A stretch of DNA of 64,000 nucleotides, taken from an uncultured Acidobacteriota bacterium. GTDB taxonomy: Bacteria > Acidobacteriota > Vicinamibacteria > Fen-336. How positions within the stretch are numbered: the stretch's first letter is position 1; each line of letters opens with the position of its first letter. Shown here one piece after another: positions 1-10,765 of this stretch. The notes beneath the pieces are model-generated. The model was given only the letters and a program-made list of their open reading frames with translations. It was not told where the DNA came from and made no database searches. The DNA lies in the NCBI GenBank assembly GCA_963818355.1, contig CAWFSB010000029.1, positions 23,213 through 87,212 of the forward strand, in the 5' to 3' direction. The position numbers and the translations under genes are program-made.

Positions 1-2
1 CC

Positions 3-140
3 TGGGTCCCCTTCCGGCTGCTGCCGGGCGATGCCGCCGTCGTTCTCGTCGGCGCGCTCGTCGTGTGCTTCCTCGCCACCTTGTACCCGGCTCGCGGCGC
101 GGCGCGGCTCGACCCCGCCGAGGCCCTGCGCAACGAGTGA
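3..140 (+). CDS. C-terminal fragment of a LolC/LolE-type (FtsX-fold) lipoprotein-release permease; the gene starts upstream of the window.
   Basis: The frame ending at TGA 138-140 reads ...[19 protein letters not shown], the conserved C-terminal tail of LolC/E/FtsX permeases. Its stop overlaps the ATG of the next gene (TGATG), and that next gene is the cognate ATPase. Confidence 0.55.
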   Translation, partial: WVPFRLLPGDAAVVLVGALVVCFLATLYPARGAARLDPAEALRNE

Positions 141-820
141 TGGGCTCGCCCCTGATCCTCGCGCGCGGGCTCGTCAAGAGCTACCGGACGGCGGCCGGCG
201 AGGTGTCGGTCCTCCAGGGCGTTGATCTCGACGTGGCGGCGGGGGAGATGGTGGCGATCACCGGGGCTTCCGGGGTGGGGAAGTCGACGCTCCTGCACGT
301 GCTCGGCACGCTCGACCGGCCCGACGCCGGCTCGCTCGAGGTGGCGGGCGAGGACGTGCTCTCCCTCGACGGGGCCCGGCAGTGCGCGTTTCGCAACCGC
401 ACGCTGGGGTTCGTCTTCCAGTTCCACCACCTCCTGCCCGAGTTCTCCGCCCTCGAGAACGTCTCCATGCCGCTGCTGATCGGCGGGCGCCCGGCGGAGG
501 AGGCCCGGGGCCGCGCGCGGGAGCTCCTCGCCGAGGTGGGCCTCGCCGAGCGGGCCGACCACCGCCCGGGGGCGCTCTCCGGAGGCGAGCAGCAGCGAGT
601 GGCGGTCGCCCGGGCGCTCGCCGCCTCTCCCCGGGCCGTGCTGGCCGACGAGCCCACCGGCGACCTGGACCGCGCCACCGGCCAGCGCCTGCACGAGACC
701 CTGCGGGAGATGGTCCGCGCTCGGGGGCTGACGGTGGTGGTGGTGACGCACAACGAGGAGCTCGCGCGGGGCTGCGACCGCGTCCTCAAGCTCGAGGGCG
801 GGCGCCTCCTACCCGCCTGA
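140..820 (+). CDS. lolD: Lipoprotein-release ABC transporter ATP-binding protein LolD (MacB/LolD family).
   Basis: ATG 140 lies in frame with track ORF 65..820. The N-terminus reads [22 protein letters not shown]. Walker A is [12 protein letters not shown], the ABC signature is [15 protein letters not shown], and Walker B is [11 protein letters not shown]. Confidence 0.85.
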   Translation: MGSPLILARGLVKSYRTAAGEVSVLQGVDLDVAAGEMVAITGASGVGKSTLLHVLGTLDRPDAGSLEVAGEDVLSLDGARQCAFRNRTLGFVFQFHHLLPEFSALENVSMPLLIGGRPAEEARGRARELLAEVGLAERADHRPGALSGGEQQRVAVARALAASPRAVLADEPTGDLDRATGQRLHETLREMVRARGLTVVVVTHNEELARGCDRVLKLEGGRLLPA

Positions 821-924
821 TCCCGCGAGGCTTCCGCCCGGCCGCGGCCCGGGGGTTCTGGGCTATGATTGAATTTTGCCGTGGGACTTGTCGTCCCAGG
901 CGATTGTCCCGGGGTCGAGAGGGA

Positions 925-3331
<2,407 letters not shown>

Positions 3332-3335
<4 letters not shown>

Positions 3336-5779
3336 GGCGGACGCGGGCGGCGGTGCTCGGGACCTGGCTCTGCGTGGCGGTGCCGGCGGCGGAGGCGCGC
3401 GCGCAGGCGGGTCCGGCGACGGAACGGCCGGCGCCGGTCGTGGAGCGGATCGAGATCCTCAACAACCAGTACCTCCAGAAGGAGACGCTGCTCTTCTACA
3501 TCTCGACGAAGCCGGGCGAGCTCTACGACGAGAAGAAGCTGCGCGAGGACTTCAAGCGCCTGTGGGACACGGGCTTCCTCGACGACCTGCAGATCGAGGT
3601 CGTGGACGGCCCGGGCGGAAAGGTGGTGCGCTTCAAGGTCACCGAGCGCAAGCGCATCCAGATCGTGGACTTCCGGGGCAGCAAGGAGCTCAGCACCAGC
3701 ACGATCGAGGAGGCCCTCAAGAAGGCGGACGCCCAGATCAAGATCGACACCTTCTACGACCCGGCCAAGGCGCGCAAGGTCGAGAAGATCATCAAGGAGA
3801 TGCTGGCCGAGAAGGGACGACCCTTCGGCGCGGTCAAGCACGAGGCGAAGAACATCGGCGGGTCGGGCCAGCAGCTCTCGTTCATCGTCGACGACGGGCC
3901 CAAGGCGAAGGTCGACGAGATCGTCTTCGAGGGCAACGAGGTCTTCTCGGACAAGACGCTCGCCGGGAAGATGAAGAAGATCAAGACGCCCGGCCTCACG
4001 AACCTCAGCTGGCTCGGGGGCAAGACCACCTACACCGAGGCCAAGTGGCTGGGGGGCGAGGAGGACCCTCGCGGCGACCGCGGGCGTCTCGAGGACTTCT
4101 ACCTCGACCACGGCTACGTCACGGCTCGGATCGGCCAGCCCAAGATCACCTACACCGACAAGCCCGGCGCGTCCGCGAAGAAGCCGCAGAAGCTCATGCG
4201 CCTCGAGATCCCGGTGACCGAGGGCGAGCAGTACCGGATGGGGGAGCTGAAGTTCGAGGGGCTCACCGTCCTCAAGGAGGACTTCGTCCGGGGCTACTTC
4301 AAGATGGTGCCGGGCGACGTCTACAACGACTCGAAGTTCAAGAAGGCCTACGAGAAGCTGCGCGACGTCTACGGCAGCCTCGGCTACTTCCAGTGGACGG
4401 GCGGCACGCAGCGGAAGCCGGACCCCGAGAAGAAGGTCGTGGACATCACGGTGCGGATGGAGGAGGACAAGCAGTACTTCCTCGGCCGGATCAGCTTCAC
4501 CGGCAACGACTCCACGCGGGACAAGGTCATCCGCCGCGAGATCTACATGAACGAGGGCGACGTCTTCAACACCGAAGCCCTCAAGATGTCCATCAAGAGG
4601 GTCAACCAGCTCGGCTACTTCAAGCCGATGGAGGGCGCGCCCGACATCCGCCCGAACGAGACCGCGGACAACAAGGTCGACGTCACCTTCAAGGTCGAGG
4701 AGCAGAACCGAAACCAGTTCACCTTCGGCGGCGGCGTGAGCGGCCTCGAGGGCACGTTCATCAACGCCTCCTTCTCGACCACGAACTTCCTCGGCGCCGG
4801 CGAGACCTTCCAGATCTACGCGCAGAGCGGCAAGCGCACGAAGAACTACTCGCTGTCGGTCAGCGAGCCCTACTTCCTCGACCGCCCGATCACCGCCGGG
4901 GTCGATCTGTTCAAGCGCAAGATCACCTACTACAGCTACGCCAACGTCTCCGGCTACACGCAGGAGAGCACCGGAGCGAGCCTGGTGACCGGCTTCCTGG
5001 TGGGGAAGTGGTCGCGGGCCTTCCTGAACTACACCTACGAGGTGATCAAGCTCTCCGAGGCGGACCCCGCGGATCTCACCGACCCCTTCTATCCGGGCGC
5101 GGGGGGGATCAACTACGGGCCCCAGTACGACCCGCTCCTCTACGGGGACTTCGGGAAGCGCCGGGAGAGCCGGATCACCCCGAACCTCGTCTACAACACG
5201 GTCGACAGCCCCTTCACCCCGCGCGCCGGCATGCGCCACACGGCCACCTTCATGTTCGCCGGGGGCCCGCTGGGAGGGACGGTCAGCTACTACCGGCCCA
5301 ACCTCGAGTCGATCCTCTACGTGCCCGTGCGCCGCAAGATGTCCCTCGGCATGCGCGCGGAGGCGGCCCTGATCGAGCCCTTCGGAAGCACCCAGGTGCT
5401 GCCCCTGTACCAGCGGTACTTCCTCGGCGGCGAGACGCAGGTGCGCGGCTACCCGATCCGCTCGATCGGCCCCATCGACTCCCAGGGCCGCGCGCTCGGC
5501 GGCAACAAGTTCGCCCTGTTCAACGCCGAGTACTACTTCGACGTCTTCGGCCCGGTGCGGGCGCTGCTCTTCTTCGACGCCGGCCAGGCGTACCTCGAGG
5601 GCCAGCCGTTCAGCTTCGACGACTTCCGCATCTCCACCGGGGCCGAGGTGCGGTTCATCATGCCGGTCCTCAACGTTCCTTTCCGGCTCATCTACGCCAT
5701 CAATCCCAACCGGACCCTCTACGAGTCACTCTACGTGCCCTACTCGACCTTCAAGTTCGCCGTCGGTACCACCTTCTAA
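3332..5779 (+). CDS. bamA: Outer membrane protein assembly factor BamA (Omp85; POTRA repeats plus C-terminal beta-barrel).
   Basis: ATG 3332 overlaps the clpC stop (ATGA). It has a signal peptide, MRRTRAAVLGTWLCVAVPAAEARAQ. POTRA-like repeats follow, then an Omp85 barrel with a C-terminal ...FKFAVGTTF* aromatic terminus. Confidence 0.9.
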
Positions 5780-5788
5780 GGAGAAGAC

Positions 5789-6409
5789 ATGAAGAAGACG
5801 TTCGTCGCCGGCCTCCTGGTCGTGCTCGCCGCCGCGGGCGCGGCCCTCGCCCAGGAGGCCTCCGCCAAGGCCCCTCGCGTCGGTGTCGTGGACATGGCGC
5901 GGGTGTCGGCCGAGAGCCTGCTGGGCAAGTCGTACGCCTCCCAGCTGGAGAAGCTCCAGAACGACATCACCGCCGAGGCCACCAAGAAGCAGACCGAGCT
6001 CGCCAAGCTCGACACCGCGATCAAGACCCTGCAGGACGAGCTCGAGAAGCAGGGAGCGGTCCTGAGCCAGGAGGCCCGGGACAAGAAGCAGCAGGAGATC
6101 GTTCGCCTGGGCCGGCAGCGCCAGGGCTTCCTCGAGGACGGCCAGGCGGAGATCAACCGCATGCGCGAGCGCGCGCAGCAGCAGGCCCAGTCGATCAACA
6201 ACGAGTTCCAGCTCAAGGTGCGCCCGGTCGTGGAGCAGGTGGCCAAGGACAAGGGATACGACCTCGTGCTCGACGCGCAGGTCGCCTACACGATCAACAA
6301 GGACTTCGACATCACCCGCGACGTGATCCTGAAGGCCGACGAGTCCGAAAAGGCCAAGCCCGCGGCGGCCGCGGCCCCGGCACCCGCGCCGGCGACCCCC
6401 AAGCCGTAG
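5789..6409 (+). CDS. skp: Periplasmic chaperone Skp/OmpH.
   Basis: It follows bamA with an RBS (aggagaagac). It has a signal peptide MKKTFVAGLLVVLAAAGAALAQE, a coiled-coil-rich body, and an OmpH-family C-terminus (YDLVLDAQVAYTINKDFDITRDV). Confidence 0.85.
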   Translation: MKKTFVAGLLVVLAAAGAALAQEASAKAPRVGVVDMARVSAESLLGKSYASQLEKLQNDITAEATKKQTELAKLDTAIKTLQDELEKQGAVLSQEARDKKQQEIVRLGRQRQGFLEDGQAEINRMRERAQQQAQSINNEFQLKVRPVVEQVAKDKGYDLVLDAQVAYTINKDFDITRDVILKADESEKAKPAAAAAPAPAPATPKP

Positions 6410-6494
6410 GCTTCTCGCCGCCGGGGGCGTGGCGGCGGGGGAGAGGGCCGTTGTCTCTCCTCCGCGCCCGCACCCGGCGCGGGTCCTCTCCCGC

Positions 6495-7748
6495 ATGAGC
6501 TCCGGCGAGATCGGACGGCTCGTCCGCCAGATTCCCACCCAGTATCCGTTCGTGCTCGTGGACCGGATCCTGGACCACGATCCCGCGGGGCGTCTGGTGG
6601 CGGTGAAGAACGTGACCGGGGCGGAGGACTTCTTCGCCGGCCACTTCCCCTCGCACCCGGTGATGCCGGGCGTCCTGATCCTGGAGTCGCTGGCACAGGC
6701 CGCCGGCATCTGGCTGCTCAAGACGGCTCCCGACCCCGGCCGTATCGAGATCCGGGTGGTCGGTTTCGACGATGCGAAGTTCCGCCGGCCCGTGGTGCCC
6801 GGCGACCAGCTGCGCCTCGAAGTCCGGCTGGTGCACCGCCGGGGCGACCTGGTTCGCTTCCACGGCGAGGTGCGGGTGGGTGAGGCCCGCGCGGCCGAGG
6901 CCCGCCTGCTGCTCCAGGTGGGGGACGTGCCCCCCGCCGACGTCGACCCCCTCGCGCGGGTCGCGGCGGGGGCCGTGCTCGAGCCGGGGGTGAAGGTGGG
7001 GCCGTTCTGCGTCGTCGGGGACGGGGTGCGCCTGGGCCGGGGAACGGTGCTCGACTCCCACGTGGTGATCGAGGGCGACACCCGGGTGGGCGAGCGCAAC
7101 CACTTCTTCCCCTTCTGCTCGATCGGGCTCGTGCCGCAGGACCTCAAGTTCCGGGGAGAGCCGAGCCGGGTCGAGATCGGCGAGCGCAACGTGTTTCGCG
7201 AGGGGACCACCGTTCACCGGGGGACGGCCGGGGGCGGGGCGCTCACCCGCGTCGGCTCGGACAACCTGTTCATGGCGCAGGTGCACGTGGCCCACGACTG
7301 CCTCGTCGGGAGCCACACGATCTTCGCGAACGCCGCCACCTTGTCGGGCCACGTCGAGGTGCACGATTTCGCGACCCTCGGGGGCTTCTCGGGCGTCCAC
7401 CAGTTCTGCCGGGTCGGAACCCACGCGTTCATGGGCGGCGCCACCGTGGCCACCCGCGACGTGGCGCCCTTCTCCCTGACGGTCGGCAACCGGGCCCACT
7501 TCTTCGGGCTCAACCTCGTGGGATTGCGCCGCCGCGGCTTCTCCCCCGAGGCGATCGCCGCGCTGCGACAGGCGTACCGGCTCCTGACGCAGGTCGGCCT
7601 TCCCCTGGCGGAGGCGCTGGGCCGCATCGAGGCGGGCGGGCCTCACGACGAGGAGGTTCGCGCGCTCGTCGACTTCGTGCGCACTTCGAAGCGCGGTGTC
7701 ATCCTCGATCGCCGGCACGGCGGCGCGTCCGGCGAGCCGGAGCCGTAG
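6495..7748 (+). CDS. fabZ-lpxA: Apparent in-frame fusion of FabZ (3-hydroxyacyl-ACP dehydratase) and LpxA (UDP-GlcNAc acyltransferase).
   Basis: The N-terminal 150 aa are a hot-dog fold: YPFVLVDRILD...FFAGHFPSHPVMPGVLILESLAQAAG. A short linker VGDVPPADVD follows. Then come LpxA left-handed beta-helix hexapeptide repeats (GPFCVVGDGVRLGRGTVLDSHVVIEGDTRVG ...) and the LpxA C-terminal helical domain. There is no stop codon between the two domains in this frame. Confidence 0.75.
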   Translation: MSSGEIGRLVRQIPTQYPFVLVDRILDHDPAGRLVAVKNVTGAEDFFAGHFPSHPVMPGVLILESLAQAAGIWLLKTAPDPGRIEIRVVGFDDAKFRRPVVPGDQLRLEVRLVHRRGDLVRFHGEVRVGEARAAEARLLLQVGDVPPADVDPLARVAAGAVLEPGVKVGPFCVVGDGVRLGRGTVLDSHVVIEGDTRVGERNHFFPFCSIGLVPQDLKFRGEPSRVEIGERNVFREGTTVHRGTAGGGALTRVGSDNLFMAQVHVAHDCLVGSHTIFANAATLSGHVEVHDFATLGGFSGVHQFCRVGTHAFMGGATVATRDVAPFSLTVGNRAHFFGLNLVGLRRRGFSPEAIAALRQAYRLLTQVGLPLAEALGRIEAGGPHDEEVRALVDFVRTSKRGVILDRRHGGASGEPEP

Positions 7749-7752
7749 CCGC

Positions 7753-8616
7753 ATGCGGGACGACACCGCGTCGCCGGGGCCGGCCGGGCCGCTCGGGCTC
7801 ATCGCGGGCAACGGCCGCTTCCCCTTCCTCGCCGCGGCCGGGGCCCGGCGCGCGGGCCGGCGGGTCGTGGCGCTGGCCATACGCGAGGAGGCGTCGGCCG
7901 AGCTCGAGGCCGAGGTGGACGAGTTCCACTGGATCGGCCTGGGGCAGCTCGGCCGGGCCATCTCGATCCTGCAGCAGGCAGGCGCCGTCGAGGCGATCAT
8001 GGCCGGGCAGGTCAAGCACCGACGGATCTTCTCGGACATCGTGCCGGACCTGAAGCTGCTCGGTGTCCTCGCACGCCTCGCTTTCCAGAACACCGACAGC
8101 CTGATCGGCGCCGTCGCGGACGCGCTGGGGCGGGAGGGCATCACCCTGTTGCCCTCCGTGGCGTTTCTGGGAGACCAGCTGGCGCTCGAGGGGCCGATGA
8201 CCCGGCGGCAGCCCGACCCGGAGGAGAGGAAGGACGTCCGGTACGGCGAGACGGTGGCGCGTGCGCTGGCGGGGATGGACCTGGGCCAGACCGCGGTCGT
8301 GAAGCACCGGGCGGCGGTGGCGCTCGAGGCGATGGAGGGCACGGACGAGACCATCCGCCGCGCGGGCTGCATCGCGGGCCCGGGCACGACGGTGGTCAAG
8401 GTCTCGAAGCCCCGCCAGGACATGCGGTTCGACGTCCCCGTGGTGGGCGCGGGGACGCTCGTCGCCATGCGCGAGGCCGGCGCGCGCGTCCTCGCCGTGG
8501 ATGCCCGGCGGACTCTCCTGATCGATCGGGCCGCCTTCCTCGCGCAGGCCGAGGCAGACGGAATCGCCGTCGTGGGTCTCGACGCGGGAGAAGCGGAGCC
8601 AGCGAAGAATGGATGA
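7753..8616 (+). CDS. lpxI: UDP-2,3-diacylglucosamine hydrolase LpxI (DUF1009 family).
   Basis: The N-terminus reads LGLIAGNGRFP. The C-terminus reads GQTAVVKHRAAVALEAMEGTDETIRRAG...VVKVSKPRQDMRFDVPVVG. Both match LpxI family motifs. It sits immediately downstream of lpxA. Confidence 0.7.
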   Translation: MRDDTASPGPAGPLGLIAGNGRFPFLAAAGARRAGRRVVALAIREEASAELEAEVDEFHWIGLGQLGRAISILQQAGAVEAIMAGQVKHRRIFSDIVPDLKLLGVLARLAFQNTDSLIGAVADALGREGITLLPSVAFLGDQLALEGPMTRRQPDPEERKDVRYGETVARALAGMDLGQTAVVKHRAAVALEAMEGTDETIRRAGCIAGPGTTVVKVSKPRQDMRFDVPVVGAGTLVAMREAGARVLAVDARRTLLIDRAAFLAQAEADGIAVVGLDAGEAEPAKNG

Positions 8617-9559
8617 GATCGCTCTGAACGTCGGGGTCATCGGGGTGGGGGCCCTCGGCCGTCACCACGCGCGCGTCTGGGCGAGCGTCCCCGGGGCGCG
8701 CCTCGTGGGCGTCCTCGACACCGATCCGGCGCGGGCGGCCGAGGTGGCGGCCCAGCAGGGGTGCCGCGCCTACGGCGACGTCGACGCCCTGCTCGCCGAC
8801 GTGCGTGCCGTCTCGGTTGCCGTCCCGACCGTGGACCACCACGCGGTGGCCCGCCGCGCCCTCGAGCGGGGCCGGGACGTCCTGCTCGAGAAGCCGATGA
8901 CCGCGACTCTGGAGGAGGCCGACGACCTCCTGGCGTTGGCGGAGGAGCGGGGTGCGGTGCTGCAGGTCGGGCACATCGAGCGGTTCAACCCCGCGACCGA
9001 GGCCCTGCTCTCGGCGGGGAAGGGAGCCCGATTCGTGGAAGTCCACCGGCTGGGCTCCTTCTCGCCGCGCAGCCTCGACGTGGACGTGGTCCTCGACCTC
9101 ATGATCCACGACCTCGACATCGTCCTCTGCCTCGACGGCTCCGAGCCGGTCCAGATCGAGGCGGTGGGGGTGCCGGTGCTCACGTCGCGCGTGGACATCG
9201 CCAACGCCCGGCTGCGGTTCGCCTCGGGGCTGATCGCGAACCTGACCGCCAGCCGGGTCTCGGTCGAGAAGGTGCGGAAGTTCCGGGTCTTCGCCCCCCG
9301 CACCTACGTGTCCGCCGACTTCACGGCCCGGGAAGCACAGGTCTACCGCCTGGAGCCGGACGAGTCCGGAAAGCCCCGGATTGCCTCGGCCCGTTGCGGG
9401 GCGCCCGACCAGGAACCGCTGCGCCTGCAGATCGAGGCGTTCGCCAAGGCGGTCCGCGACCGCTCACGTCCGGTCGTTTCGGGCAGCGACGGCCGCCGGG
9501 CCCTCGCACTGGCTCATGCGATCCTGGATGCACTTTCGGGTCCCGCCCGTAATCCCTGA
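8609..9559 (+). CDS. Gfo/Idh/MocA-family NAD(P)-dependent oxidoreductase (GnnA-like sugar-nucleotide dehydrogenase candidate).
   Basis: It has a Rossmann N-terminus (NVGVIGVGALGRHHARVWASVPGARLVGVLD) and an EKP motif (VLLEKPMTATLEEADDL). It overlaps the lpxI stop by 8 nt, so it is co-transcribed with the lipid A genes. Confidence 0.8.
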   Translation: MDEIALNVGVIGVGALGRHHARVWASVPGARLVGVLDTDPARAAEVAAQQGCRAYGDVDALLADVRAVSVAVPTVDHHAVARRALERGRDVLLEKPMTATLEEADDLLALAEERGAVLQVGHIERFNPATEALLSAGKGARFVEVHRLGSFSPRSLDVDVVLDLMIHDLDIVLCLDGSEPVQIEAVGVPVLTSRVDIANARLRFASGLIANLTASRVSVEKVRKFRVFAPRTYVSADFTAREAQVYRLEPDESGKPRIASARCGAPDQEPLRLQIEAFAKAVRDRSRPVVSGSDGRRALALAHAILDALSGPARNP

Positions 9560-9650
9560 GCGGGACCCGAAGGACCTGGTCCGTCCGTTCTTCGTTGTCC
9601 GTTTCATCCTGTCCGTTCCCTTTCGTAAGGCCCCGAAGAAGGCCGGCCCC
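9546..9650. repeat. Degenerate copy of the intergenic repeat family (CCGTAATCCCTGAGCGGGACCCGAAGG followed by a triple GTCCGTTYC direct repeat).
   Basis: It shares the GGGACCCGAAGG and CCTGTCCGTTCCC motifs with the copy at 35842-35946. It overlaps the stop codon of the Gfo/Idh/MocA gene. Confidence 0.35.
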
Positions 9651-9776
9651 CGCCCTCCCTCGACCCGTCGTGGGCAGAACGCCTCCAAGTGCAACATCTT
9701 GTGTGGATTACTTGATCCATTGCCGCCGGGCGTGCTAGTCTGAACGCCTGAGGAGCGTAGCCCCGAGGGGCGCAGT

Positions 9777-10751
9777 GTGCACAGATTCGACCAGCGACAG
9801 GGTTTTCTCGTCTCGGCGATCCTCCACCTGACCCTCCTCATGGTGCTGATTGCCCACCCCCTGAAGCCTCGCCAACCGGACGAGATCGACCCGAGCACTC
9901 TGGAAAGAAAGGACTTGGTGTTCCTGCCGCCCGCCGCCGTGCTGCGCCAGCTGGCCCCGCAGCTCCCGCCCGGCGTTCGGCCCCGGCCGATCCCAGCCCC
10001 GACGCCGCCCCCGGTGCAGGCCCAGCCCCAGGCCCAGGCCAAGGACCGGATCAGCGTGGGTCCGCCGAGCGACCTTCGGAGCAAGGGGCCGATGATCCTT
10101 CGGCGCGACGACGACCTGACCAAGGTGCCGAAGGGCCAGATGGTTCCGCCGGCGCCCGCCGCGCCGACGCCAGCTCCGGCCACGGCCGTGCCTGCGCCCG
10201 CGGCCCAGACCGCCCAGAAGGGCGGGGGTGCGCCCGAGGTGGCGGGGCGCGAGGGGCTTCGACTCCCGCCCGGCCTCGTCGGCGGGCAGTTGAAAGGCGG
10301 GGACGAGGGCCGGCGGGGCCGGCCCGGGGCTCTCGGGCCCGCGATCGAAGGCGCCATGGACAGCGTCGTCCGGCGGATGCAGAAGGACGCACAGCTCGGC
10401 CTGCCCACGGGAACGGGGCAGAACCAGGCGGGTCTGTACTTCGACCCCCAGGGGGCCGACTTCACCCTCTGGATCAACACGTTCAAGAACGAGGTGTATC
10501 GGAACTGGATCGTGCCGCAGGCCGCCCTCTTCGGCTTCAGGGGGCACGTCGATTTCGAGTTCACCGTCGAGAGGGACGGATCGATGTCGGCGCTGCGGAT
10601 GCTGAAGTCCTCGGGAACCACGTCGCTCGACCGGGCGGCGCAGAACGCCCTCTCGGGCAGCCGTTGGATGCCGCTTCCCGACGACTACGGCCCGCCGCGC
10701 GTGACGATGCAGGTCACCTTCTTCTACAACGAGGCGCCGCAGGGCTCTTGA
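9777..10751 (+). CDS. TonB-family energy-transducer protein (N-terminal TM anchor, Pro-rich spacer, C-terminal TonB domain).
   Basis: GTG start with RBS gagggg. The TM segment is FLVSAILHLTLLMVLIA. A long P/A-rich linker follows. The C-terminal domain (FTVERDGSMSALRMLKSSGTTSLDRAAQNALSGSRWMPLP) is typical of the TonB C-terminal domain. Confidence 0.7.
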   Translation: MHRFDQRQGFLVSAILHLTLLMVLIAHPLKPRQPDEIDPSTLERKDLVFLPPAAVLRQLAPQLPPGVRPRPIPAPTPPPVQAQPQAQAKDRISVGPPSDLRSKGPMILRRDDDLTKVPKGQMVPPAPAAPTPAPATAVPAPAAQTAQKGGGAPEVAGREGLRLPPGLVGGQLKGGDEGRRGRPGALGPAIEGAMDSVVRRMQKDAQLGLPTGTGQNQAGLYFDPQGADFTLWINTFKNEVYRNWIVPQAALFGFRGHVDFEFTVERDGSMSALRMLKSSGTTSLDRAAQNALSGSRWMPLPDDYGPPRVTMQVTFFYNEAPQGS

Positions 10752-10765
10752 CCCGCAAGCGCGTC

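Noticed and set aside
31-225. Small + strand ORFs near the window start (31..225, 222..479).
   Set aside because: They are out of frame with the lolCE tail and lolD, which have clear motifs. Their composition is low-complexity.
863-900. Sigma-32-type heat-shock promoter (TTGAAA-N13-15-CCCCAT) upstream of clpC.
   Set aside because: TTGAAT is present, but no CCCCAT-like -10 lies at the right spacing.
6925-6990. Treating FabZ-LpxA as two genes with an internal GTG start (GTG CCC CCC GCC GAC GTC GAC ...).
   Set aside because: No in-frame stop terminates FabZ, so the separate-gene model needs an undetected indel. It is kept as a caveat under the fusion finding rather than annotated.
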